Assembly: GCA_002269645.1 (NCBI GenBank)
Contig: NIVC01000105.1
Coordinates: 101,992-165,991, forward strand
Direction: 5' to 3'
Length of the DNA stretch: 64,000 bases
Source of the DNA: Macrostomum lignano
Taxonomy: Eukaryota
Part shown: positions 26,601-38,720 of the stretch, piece after piece
How the letters are laid out: each line of letters starts with the position of its first letter
Position numbering within the stretch: the stretch's first letter is position 1
Translations under genes and position numbers: made by a program
The notes under the pieces: generated by a model
The model's database searches: none
Told to the model about the DNA's origin: nothing
Seen by the model: only the letters and a program-made list of their open reading frames with translations

Positions 26601-29600
26601 CCTGTCTAACAGGTGTGACACTATCCCCTGTCTAACAAGTATGACACTACGGGTGTTTTATTTAAGTAAAATATTCTTTTGAGATTTGAACAAAATTATT
26701 CCTATAAGCAAGCTATGATAGAAGCAAGATATGACCTTAGAAATTTGATAAATAAATTGCCTTAGATATAGATTCTGCGTTTACCCTGAGGCCATAAGAC
26801 ATATGAGTATTATTAATCTAGATGAAGCTACAGAGCCACAAAAAATGACATCAGTTAAAGTTGCAGATTCTGTAGTCAGTTCTGGCTCAGACGACCTCGC
26901 GCATCTAACCGTTAGTTGCCAAGAGAAAAACATGACAGATAGGTTGGATAAGATATCCTGCAGCATGGCAGTCATAGTTCACAGTGAGGACCCTCTGCGG
27001 ATAATCTGAAGATTATTGGATCAGAGATGCAAAGCAAGGATATAAAATCTTGGCCTTATGAAGATGATGTATCGTTCCTTACTGTTTTATAATTTTGTAA
27101 AGTATAAATTTACTTTACAATTAAATAGTGGACTCTTGTTAATTCCTTTCATTCTCGGCTGCAATGTCCCATATTGGATAGCCTAAAAATGGCACCCTTC
27201 CAAATCCAAAATGGCACTCTCCCAAATCGAAAAAGGCACTCTCCCGAATCCAAAATGGCACCCTCCCGAATCCAAAAATGGCACTCTCCCAAATCCAAAA
27301 TGGCACTCTCCCGAATCCAAAAATGGCACTCTCTCAAGTCCAAAATGGCACTCTCCCGAATCCAAAAATGGCACTCTCCCGAATCCAAAAATGGCACTCT
27401 CCCGAATCCAAAAATGGCACTCTCCCGAATCCAAAAATGGCACTCTCCCGAATCCAAAAATGGCACTCTCCCGAATTCAAAAATGGCACTCTCCCGAATC
27501 CAAAAATGGCATTCTCCCGAATCCAAAAATGGCGCTCTCCCGAATCCAAAATGGCACTCTCCCGAATCCAAAATGGCACACTCCCGAATCCAAAATGGCA
27601 CTCTCCCGAATCCAAAAATGGCACTCTCCCGAATCCAAAAATGGCTCTCTCCCGAATCCAAAAATGGCACTCTCCCGAATCAAAAAATGGCACTCTCTCA
27701 AGTCCAAAATGGCACTCTCCCGAATCCAAAAATGGCACTCTCTCAAGTCCAAAATGGCACTCTCCCGAATCCAAAAATGGCACTCTCCCGAATCCAAAAA
27801 TGGCTCTCTCCCGAATCCAAAAATGGCACTCTCCCGAATCCAAAAATGGCACTCTCTCAAGTCCAAAATGGCACTCTCCCGAATCCAAAATGGCACTCTC
27901 CCGAATCCAAAAATGGCACTCTCTCAAGTCCAAAATGGCACTCTCCCGAATCCAAAAATGGCACTCTCTCAAGTCCAAAATGGCACTCTCCCGAATCCAA
28001 AAATGGCACTCTCCCGAATCCAAAAATGGCACTCTCCCGAATCCAAAAATGGCACTCTCTCAAGTCCAAAATGGCACTCTCCCGAATCCAAAAATGGCAC
28101 TCTCCCGAATCCAAAATGGCACTCTCCCGAATCCAAAAATGGTACTCTCCCGAATCTAAAAATGGCACTCTCCTAAATCAAAAAATTGCAGCCTCCCAAA
28201 TCCAAAATGGCACTCCCCCGAATCCAGAAATGGCACTCTCCCGAATCCAAAATGGTACTCTCCCGAATCCAAAAGTGGCACTCTGCCGAATCCAAAAGTG
28301 GCACTCTGCCGAATCCAAAATGGCACCCTCCTAAATCCAAAATGGCAGCCTCCCGAATCCAAAAATGGCACTCTCCCGAATCCAAAAATGGCACTCTCCC
28401 GAATCCAAAAATGGCACTCTCCCGAATTCAAAAATGGCACTCTCCCGAATCCAAAATGGCACTCTCCCGAATCCAAAATGGCACTCTCCCGAATCCAAAA
28501 TGGCACTCTCCCGAATCCAAAATGGCACTCTCCCAAATCCAAAATGGCACTCTCCCAAATCCAAAACGGCACTCTGCGCTAAAATGACACGGTGCCCTTT
28601 AACCCGAACTGTCTCCAGTGGACGGTGGCTGGTCAGACTGGACCACGATGCGTTCCTGTCATCCCAGCTGCGACTCGGGTACCGAATGCTCCAGCGACTG
28701 CTTTGCCAAGAGCTCGGAGCGGCGCCGCCAGTGCACCAACCCGGAGCCGCAGTTTGGCGGACAGCCGTGCCAAGGTCGGGCGGTGATCTCTGAGGCCTGC
28801 GACGCCAAGTGTACAGGTGAGGCTGAGATATTAGTATCATTTTTCTATCATTAATCATAGATTGACCTATAGTTAATCAAGTCTCTAACAAAGCTTCTCT
28901 AAGCTATCATCTAATCTCTACAATTGTTGATCTTATTTCTACCCTTGTTGATCTAATCTCGGGCCTCGTTGATCTAATCTCTACCTTAATTGATCTAGTC
29001 TCTACCATCGTTGATCTAATCTCTCTACCCTTGTTGATCTAATATGTACCCTCACTGATCTAACCTCTACCCTCGTTTATCTAATCTCTACCCTCGTTGA
29101 TCTAATCTCTACCCTTGTTGATCTAATCTCTACCCTTGTTAATATAATCTCTAGAAAGACCCATGTTGATCTAAATTTCTATCCTCATTGATGGAATCTC
29201 TACCCTCAGTTATCTAATCTCATTTCAACATTTATTCATATAGACCAATCTCTTACCCTTAGATCTCTCTACCACACTCTTCTACTCTCTACTCTCTCTT
29301 AAACAAACCCAAAACTTAATCTACTCCAGTCAACGGAGCCTGGAGTCCGTGGAGCTCCTGGAGCTACTGCGGTGAGGACTGCCGCTCGCTGCGCCACCGC
29401 TCCTGCACCAACCCGGCGCCCAGGAATGGCGGCCGCACCTGCGACACCGACTCTGGCGCCGGCGCCGCCGCTGACAAGGAGGTCCGGAATTGCACAGATG
29501 GACAGTGCAAGAGTGAGTTCACTGGCTGCCGTCTGCTGTCTGCTGGTTCTGGCTCTGCTCTGCTAGTCTGAGTTGATCCCCTCTCTCTAACTCACTTTTC

Positions 29601-32600
29601 TCCATCTCCAATCTATCTCCCATCTCTCTATCTCCTATCTCTCCATCTCCCATCTCTCTAACTCACCTTTCTCCATCTCCAATCTATCTCCCATCTCTCT
29701 AACTCCTATCTCTCCATCTCCCATCTCTCTAACTCACCTTTCTCCATCTCCAATCTATCTCCCATCTCTCTATCTCCTATCTCCCTATCTCCCATCTCTC
29801 TAACTCCTATCTCTCCATCTCCCATCTCTCTAACTCACCTTTCTCCATCTCCAATCTATCTCCCATCTCTCTAACTCCTATCTCTCCATCTCCCATCTCT
29901 CTAACTCACCTTTCTCCATCTCCAATCTATCTCCCATCTCTCTATCTCCTATCTCTCCATCTCCCATCTCTCTAACTCACCTTTCTCCATCTCCAATCTA
30001 TCTCCCATCTCTCTATCTCCTATCTCTCCATCTCCCATCTCTCTATCTCCTATCTCTCTATCTCCTATCTCCCTATCTCCCATCTCTCTAACTCCTATCT
30101 CTCCATCTCCCATCTCTCTAACTCACCTTTCTCCATCTCCAATCTATCTCCCATCTCTCTAACTCCTATCTCTCCATCTCCCATCTCTCTAACTCACCTT
30201 TCTCCATCTCCAATCTATCTCCCATCTCTCTATCTCCTATCTCTCCATCTTATCTCTCTAACTCACCTTTCTCCATCTCCAATCTATCTCCCATCTCTCT
30301 ATCTCCTATCTCTCCATCTCCCATCTCTCTAACTCACCTTTCTCCATCTCCAATCTATCTCCCATCTCTCTATCTCCTATCTCTCCATCTCCCATCTCTC
30401 TATCTCCTATCTCTCTATCTCCTATCTCCCTATCTCCCATCTCTCTAACTCCTATCTCTCCATCTCCCATCTCTCTAACTCACCTTTCTCCATCTCCAAT
30501 CTATCTCCCATCTCTCTATCTCCTATCTCCCTATCTCCCATCTCTCTAACTCACCTTTCTCCATCTCCAATCTATCTCCCATCTCTCTATCTCCTATCTC
30601 CCTATCTCCCATCTCTCTAACTCACCTTTCTCCATCTCCAATCTATCTCCCATCTCTCTATCTCCTATCTCTCCATCTCCCATCTCTCTAACTCACCTTT
30701 CTCCATCTCCAATCTATCTCCCATCTCTCTATCTCCCATCTCTCCATCTCCCATCTCTCTATCTCCCATCTCTCCATCTCCCATCTCTCCAACTCCCATC
30801 TCTCTATCTCCCATCTCTCCATCTCCCATCTCTCTATCTCCCATCTCTCTATCTCCCATCTCTCCATCTCCCATCTCTCTATCTCCTATCTCTCTATCTC
30901 CTATCTCTCTATCTCCACTCTCTCCATCTCCTATCTCTCTATCTCCCATCTCTCCATCTCCCATCTCTCTAACTCCCATCTCTCTATCTCCTATCTCTCT
31001 ATCTCCTATCTCTCTATCTCCCATCTCTCTATCTCCCATCTCTCTAACTCCCATCTCTCTATCTCCCATCTCTCTATCTCCTATCTCTCTATCTCCCATC
31101 TCTCTAACTCACCTTTCTCCATCTCCCATCTATCTCCCATCTCCCTATCTCCCATCTCTCTATCTCCCATCTCTCCATCTCCCATCTCTCCATCTCCCAT
31201 CTCTCTAACTCCCATCTCTCTATCTCCTATCTCTCTATCTCCTATCTCTCTATCTCCCATCTCTCTATCTCCACTCTCTCCATCTCCCATCTCTCTAAAT
31301 GCCATCTCTCTATCTCCTATCTCTCTATCTCCCATCTCTCTATCTTCCTGAACCTTACAAATGCTTAATACTGTATGCAACACTCTCTCTGAAAGCAGCT
31401 TATGCAATCTAGTGAGCATAAATTATGGACTTGTGAAATGACTGCCGGATAGGGACGGCTTGGGAAAATGTTAATTTTAGAAATGTCAATTCCCGAACTG
31501 GGGTTTTTGTAGCCAGATCCGACACGGCTCCCATGCGACTATGGTTGTTGAGAATAAAATACAGTGTGAGGATAAGAGCAGATGACCTGACTGACTTATC
31601 AGCAAAGTGTGCTCAGGCTTGCGCAAGTGACTGACTGACTGACAGACACTGAAATATGGGGGCTGAGGCACAGGGCTGCTAAGATCCTAAAGCCCTTAAG
31701 GGAAAAATTGAACTCTCAACTTGAACGGTACCTTCACTATCAGCTGCGACTTCTAATGGGAGTTTCTTCCCTGGATCGGCAAGACAGTGTGTCAGTGACT
31801 CATTTTTGTAGGACCTCACAAACGAGGTGAAAAAATGAAGTAATTGTTTGGAATAAAATAAAGTTCAGAGTGGCTTCAGGAAGTGCCAAAATCTACTTCA
31901 GGGGAGTGCCAAAATCTACTTCAGGGGAGTGCCAAAATCTACTTCAGGGGAGTGCCAAAATCTACTTCAGGGGAGTGCCAAAATCTACTTCAGGGTAGCG
32001 ACAAAATCTACTTCAGGGGAGTGCCAAAATCTACTTCAGGGGAGTGCCAAAATCTACTTCAGGGTAGCGCCAAAATCCACTTCAGGGGAGTGCTAAAATC
32101 TACTTCAGGGTAGCGACAAAATCTACTTCAGGGTAGCGACAAAATCTACTTCAGGGTAGTGCCAAAATCTACTTCAGGGTAGTGCCAAAATCTACTTCAG
32201 GGTAGCGCCAAAATCTACTTCAGGGGAGCGCCAAAATCTACTTCAGGGTAGCGCCAAAATCTACTTCAGGGGAGCGCCAAAATCTACTTCAGGGGAGCGC
32301 CAAAATCTACTTCAGGGGAGCGCCAAAATCTACTTCAGGGGAGCGCCAAAATCTACTTCAGGGGAGCGCCAAAATCTACTTCAGGGTAGTGCCAAAATCT
32401 ACTTCAGGGTAGCGCCAAAATCTACTTCAGGGGAGTGCCAAAATCTACTTCAGGAGAGAGCCAAAATCTACTTCAGGGAAGTGCCAAAATCTACTTCAGG
32501 GTAGCGCCAAAATCTACTTCAGGGTAGCGCCAAAATCTACTTCAGGGGAGCGCCAAAATCTACTTCAGGGTAGCGCCAAAATCTACTTCAGGGTAGCGCC

Positions 32601-33638
32601 AAAATCTACTTCAGGGAAACGCTAGAAAAAGTTTAACTTGAAAAAATCTCAGTACTCGTATGATAGACCGAACGCAAAATAAAAACCTCAGCTGCAAATA
32701 ATTATGAAGCTTTTCAATTGGCATTTCTTGCCTTTTCTGTCTTTCGTTTGACATGGACTAAAGCAAGAACATCACTTGAAGCTACAATTCTCTTCAAATT
32801 AATCTCCGACATTTAATCCAGTTTATTGATGCAGGCCACTTTTGAAACGCGGAGATCTGCGCAAATGAAAGAAAAACACATGCTTTCCGTTTACTTCTTA
32901 AATCGAATTGACTCTATCAAGAACTGCCCGTATTCGGTTCGCAAATTCTGTTGTTATTTTTCTGGCGAGATTCACTCTCGATTTCACGCAACGACAACCG
33001 CAGGTGTCTAATTGGTTCTATTTATAAAAATTATTTTGCAGAAGAGGATCCGGCCCTGCTCAGATATATCAACGGAGACGGCAAAACAGGTAGGAAGACG
33101 CGACATGTTACTCATGATTTTGATCGTTTCTTTACTCTCTTCCTCAAATCATTGATTCTTATTCTACTAACTGCCCTACCCCATCATGTCCCAGCTGCTC
33201 AATCACTCACGTGACACAATAGAGGCCGTTCTTCCAAGCATAAATTATTCTTGTCAGCTAAGGCTGGGACCGCCTGTCGAGACCAGTCCCCATTCGCTTG
33301 TCAAAGCTGTCGCAAGTGTCTGTGTTTCTCTCCCATGAACTGCGACATTTAACCAGACTGAATGCAAAAGCTTGCGTGTGTGAGAAATTCAGTAAAGTAA
33401 AGTAAAAAAAACTCATCAATGGGTCGCGGGTTGTTGGAGGACAACTTTGCTTGCTTTATTTATGCTTTATAGCTTGAATGATAATGCTTTGCATGAACAA
33501 CGTCCCTACTGCTTGCTTATGAGTCACACACTCCATGATTTTAGCTCTGAGAGTTTTTGAGTCCTGAGCTTCGATTTCGCGTTAGGAAAATTTATCTAAA
33601 GATTCAAGATAGATCGACAGACACTAATACACAGACGA

Positions 33639-33673
<35 letters not shown>

Positions 33674-33679
33674 GGCAGG

Positions 33680-33715
<36 letters not shown>

Positions 33716-35184
33716 ATTTTTGGTATGAAAATCATTAACCAGTTAATGGTAATAATTGATTGCACCTGCGGCGCAACTGAAGGCTGCTTACGGCTGTTCA
33801 GTCCAAGGACTGGGGGGTCCTCACACACAGCCTCAATTACCCCAGCTAATGCTGGCACCCATTTTACAGCTGGGTGAACTCAAATGACTGTAGATTCATA
33901 GCAACTGACTGACTTTAATGGTGAGAACCTCATCCCAATTTCAGTGAGCTCAGACCACGCAGCCAACCTCAACAACTTGGCCATCTACATTGGCCTGTTT
34001 GTAGCTGCCGCAGTTGTACTAACCGTTGTCATGGTGATTGTCTATCTGGTCAGAAAGAAATCCGTGTCAGGTTTCGCCTCTGGACGTCGTAGAAGTTTGC
34101 GTCAGCATCAGCATCACACTAATGGTGAGTTGTTGAGCGATTCCCCACATGAAGGCCAACCCCCCAAGGGACAGAGACTGTACATGCCCGACGATTAGAT
34201 ATTCAAAGGGCCACTGTGTACACCCTGTGTGAGAATTTCCATCAGTGCTTGTTTAAGACGATGCCCTCAGCCCCTCTTGCAATTACTAATATTTTTGAAG
34301 TGAATCTGAAGCTACTGTTGATTCTGTTTTGAAAGGTTTAGAAAGCAGACAATTTTGTAATAATCTAGCCTATAAAAGCTTCGGTGGAATGTCTTCTAGT
34401 TATAACAAAAAATCTGAGACAGAAACTTTCTAATATAGCATTTATATAATCCATAGCAGAGTGAGTGACATTCTTAATTTTTCAATTTCGCGCTCAAATT
34501 GTATATGGCGATTACGTAATAGCTACAGACTTCGTAAAACTTTTCACTTTCCTCTGTCAATAAAAAATCTATAAAACTTCGCGAACATTTGAACCAAGAG
34601 TTATAGAGAACAGGTGTTCCGCGAAAATGTTAAGGCTTGAGAAGGGAAAAGTTAGAGAGGCACAATATTCTGCAATCGATTACTAGTTGAGTATGACTGC
34701 TCCAACCACATTGCAGGGAACTGTTCAACAGTCAGTTCCAACGACAAGGACGTCAAACACACCAATGGTGAGCGGATGATTTTTTTTTATTCGACAAAAA
34801 TTTCCTTAGGATATTTTTATTGCGGATTCTGATGTCAACTTTTGCGATTACGTAATAACATTGGGTTAAATGTATGGGGTAAAATGTCAAGTCTACAATC
34901 TGGCAAGCTTTACGAGTTAAACCCGTGGTCTTTAAGCCTAGGGGTTCATGCGTATAGCTGTGGGTGATATGGCTGGCAGAAATCAGAGGCTGCAAAATGC
35001 ACAGCAGATATGGCTGCAAACTGGTGCACATGCTTTGTGCGGTTATATCACGTTGTGGAATTCAACAGGCAGGTCGATTCATTATAAATAGACACATGAC
35101 AGACAGACGGACACTAAGACAGGCCGACAGACAGAGAGGCAGACACGCAGACAGACAGGTAGACAGACAGACACTAAGACAAGC

Positions 35185-35245
<61 letters not shown>

Positions 35246-38200
35246 GCGCATCGCTAAAACACTAAAAAGCACTTAAACTCAAAGCAATCAAGTAGTTAAG
35301 GCGGTATTTTTTATTTCCAGACAAAATTCTAGAAAAGAAAACAAGCGTAACTTGCAAAACAAATTCAATAATAAAGAGCAGCAGCAGCAGAAACTGGCAG
35401 ATTAACAGAAGATGATTTGTATTTTCTTTCAATTTCCCGCTCTGGCCGTCCCGTCCTGCAGCCTCAAGCCCTAAGCCGATGGCTCCCTGCCCACCCCCAT
35501 CCGAAGATAAAATTGGGGTTGCAGACAGAATCTCTTCACCATCGGAGCAACAACCCCCCGCCAACAACCCCCCGCCAACCCATTTTTCCCCAGCTGCCTC
35601 GCTTCTGCATGCTTGTCAGTCCAGACCCATGCAGGGCCCGAGGGCAGCCCCTCTACTTCCCTTATTCCGCATTAAGTTTGCTTACCAACCAGGCTGACGG
35701 AGAAAAAACTTGGAGGTACCTGAAGTCATTTTTTTCTCTACCTTTCTTTCATTCGCAAAGAAAAAAGAATCATCCCATTCCACATCGGCTTTGCTTGTCT
35801 GAATTGTCGGTTGAACTCTCTTCTCGTCTCCTACTGCCTCACACACGCACCAGAGAGGAGATTTTAGAGATGCTTAAGGGCGCTTTTTACCTCCTAGTCA
35901 AGGGCTTGAGTTATTGTCATTTTTATCTGAATAAAGCTGCCATTTTATTTACAGTAAAAAAGCTACCTAATTATAGTTGACAAATATTTGAGAATTTCAA
36001 AATCAAGATAAACAGGTAGATGGAGGCTAAGGCATTATCTAGGACACTATGGCACTGTCTAGGATACTAAGGCACTATCTACATGTAGATCACTAAGGCC
36101 ACTGTCTAGGACAGACACTGAGAAATTGTCTAGGACAGACACTGAGACATTGTCTAGGACAGACACTGAAACATTGTCTAGGACAGACACTGAGAAATTG
36201 TCTAGGACAGACACTGAGACACTGTCCAGGACAGACACTGAGACATTGTCCAGGACAGACACTGAGACATTGTCTAGGACAGACACTGAAACATTGTCCA
36301 GGACAGACACTGAGACATTGTCCAGGACATACACTGAGACACTGTCCAGGACAGACACTGAGACATTGTCTAGGACAGACACTGAAACATTGTCTAGGAC
36401 AGACACTGAGACAGTGTCTAGGACAGACACTGAAACATTGTCTAGGACAGACACTGAAACATTGTCTAGGACAGACACTGAGAAATTGTCTAGGATAGAC
36501 ACTGAGACACTGTCCAGGACAGACACTGAGACATTGTCCAGGACAGACACTGAGACATTGTCTAGGACAGACACTGAAACATTGTCCAGGACAGACACTG
36601 AGACATTGTCCAGGACAGACACTGAGACACTGTCCAGGACAGACACTGAGACATTGTCTAGGACAGACACTGAAACATTGTCTAGGACAGACACTGAGAC
36701 AGTGTCTAGGACAGACACTGAGACATTGTCCAGGACAGACACTCGGACACTGTCCAAGACAGACACAGAAACATTGTCCAGGACAGACACTGAGACATTG
36801 TCCAGGACAGACACTGAAACATTGTCCAGGACAGACACTGAGACACTGTCTAGGACAGACACTGAGACATTGTCCAGGACAGACACTGAGACACTGTCCA
36901 GGACAGACACTGAGACACTGTCTAGGACAGACACTGAGACACTGTCTAGGACAGACACTGAGACACTGTCTAGGAAGGACACTGAGACACTGTCTAGGAC
37001 AGACACTGAGACACTGTCTAGGACAGACACTAAGACATTGTCTAGGACAGACACTGAAACATTGTCTAGGACAGACACTGAGACAGTGTCTAGGACAGAC
37101 ACTGAGACATTGTCCAGGACAGACACTCGGACACTGTCCAAGACAGACACAGAAACATTGTCCAGGACAGACACTGAGACATTGTCCAGGACAGACACTG
37201 AGACATTGTCCAGGACAGACACTGAGACAGTGTCTAGGACAGACACTGAGACACTGTCTAGGACAGACACTGAGACACTGTCTAGGACAGACACTGAGAC
37301 ACTGTCTAGGACAGACACTGAGACACTGTCTAGGACAGACACTAAGACATTGTCTAGGACAGACACTGAAACATTGTCTAGGACAGACACTGAGACAGTG
37401 TCTAGGACAGACACTGAGACATTGTCCAGGACAGACACTCGGACACTGTCCAAGACAGACACAGAAACATTGTCCAGGACAGACACTGAGACATTGTCCA
37501 GGACAGACACTGAGACATTGTCCAGGACAGACACTGAGACAGTGTCTAGGACAGACACTGAGACATTGTCCAGGACAGACACTGGGACACTGTCCAAGAC
37601 AGACACTGAGACATTGTCCAGGACAGACACTGAGACATTGTCCAGGACAGACACTGAGACAGTGTCCAGGACAGACACTGAGACATTGTCCAGGACAGAC
37701 ACTGAGACAGTGTCCAGGACAGACACTGAGACATTGTCCAGGACAGACACTGAGACATTGTCTAGGACAGACACTGAGACATTGTCCAGGACAGACACTG
37801 AGACATTGTCTAGGACAGACACTGAGACATTGTCCAGGACAGACACTGAGACACTGTCCAGGACAGACACTGAGACATTGTCTAGGGCAGACACTGAGAC
37901 ACTGTCCAGGACAGACCCTGAGACATTGTCTAAGACAGACACGACGGCAGGCTCTAAGGCACTGTACAATCAGAGACACTAAGACACACTAGAATACTGG
38001 CTAAGACATGAACAAAGACAAGACAGACACTTTAGACAGGCCAATTTGCAATAAAAACAAAATCATAATCAAAAAGACAAAGACTAAAGTTGCATATGAT
38101 TTGCTTGAAATAAACTCTAACCCCCCTTCCCCCAACTCAACAGAGCTGCTGCTACCGCCAGAGCTGAGCAGCAGTGGGACTACAATTAAAAATCCCAACG

Positions 38201-38661
38201 TAATCGAGATGTCGCAGCATCACGGACATCAGCAGCAGCAGCAGGTGCGAATGCAGACGAGCGAATCTCAGCTCCCGGTTCACCTGCCGATGTCTTCAAC
38301 CTACCAGAGCATTGCCAAACATCACCCGGTGTTCCACTACGCCACCTGCTACGCTAGCAGCCCCGTGGACTTCAGCGGACGCCCCAGTTCGGCGTTGTAC
38401 GAGCTGGCTGCTCCTGGCTGCCAACTGCAGCAACAGCAGCAGCCACTGTTGCCCGGCAGTGCCAAGCCTGAGCAGCTGGCTTGGGCTCGACTGGGACCCG
38501 GTGGTGGACGGGTTTGCCTTGCTGAGACTGGTGAGTCTGCCGGTGTGTCGTATTGTCTGTCTTACAGTGTCTTAAAGCTTGTCTGTCTGTCCTACAGTGT
38601 CTTAAAGCTTGTCTGTCTTACAGTGTCTTAAACATTGTCTGTCTGTCTGTCTGTCTGTCTT

Positions 38662-38720
<59 letters not shown>

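Noticed and set aside
27149-28587. Many overlapping ORFs of 100-390 aa
   Set aside because: 22/23-bp array open in most frames; only the TSP1 exon at 28619 is real.
35417-35980. Extra unc-5 cytoplasmic exon (Pro-rich ORFs at 35417-35980 and 35479-35697)
   Set aside because: No acceptor/donor pair I tried kept phase 1-1 without a stop (the gtcagt donor makes TAG with the next exon); no UNC5 similarity. cDNA could still reveal one.
36059-37982. ORFs of 618-636 aa on both strands (SRTDTETL, VSVSVLDN, QCLSVCP repeats)
   Set aside because: Translations of a 24-bp array inside unc-5 intron 7; open frames follow from a stop-free unit divisible by 3. No unique domain or credible splice connection.
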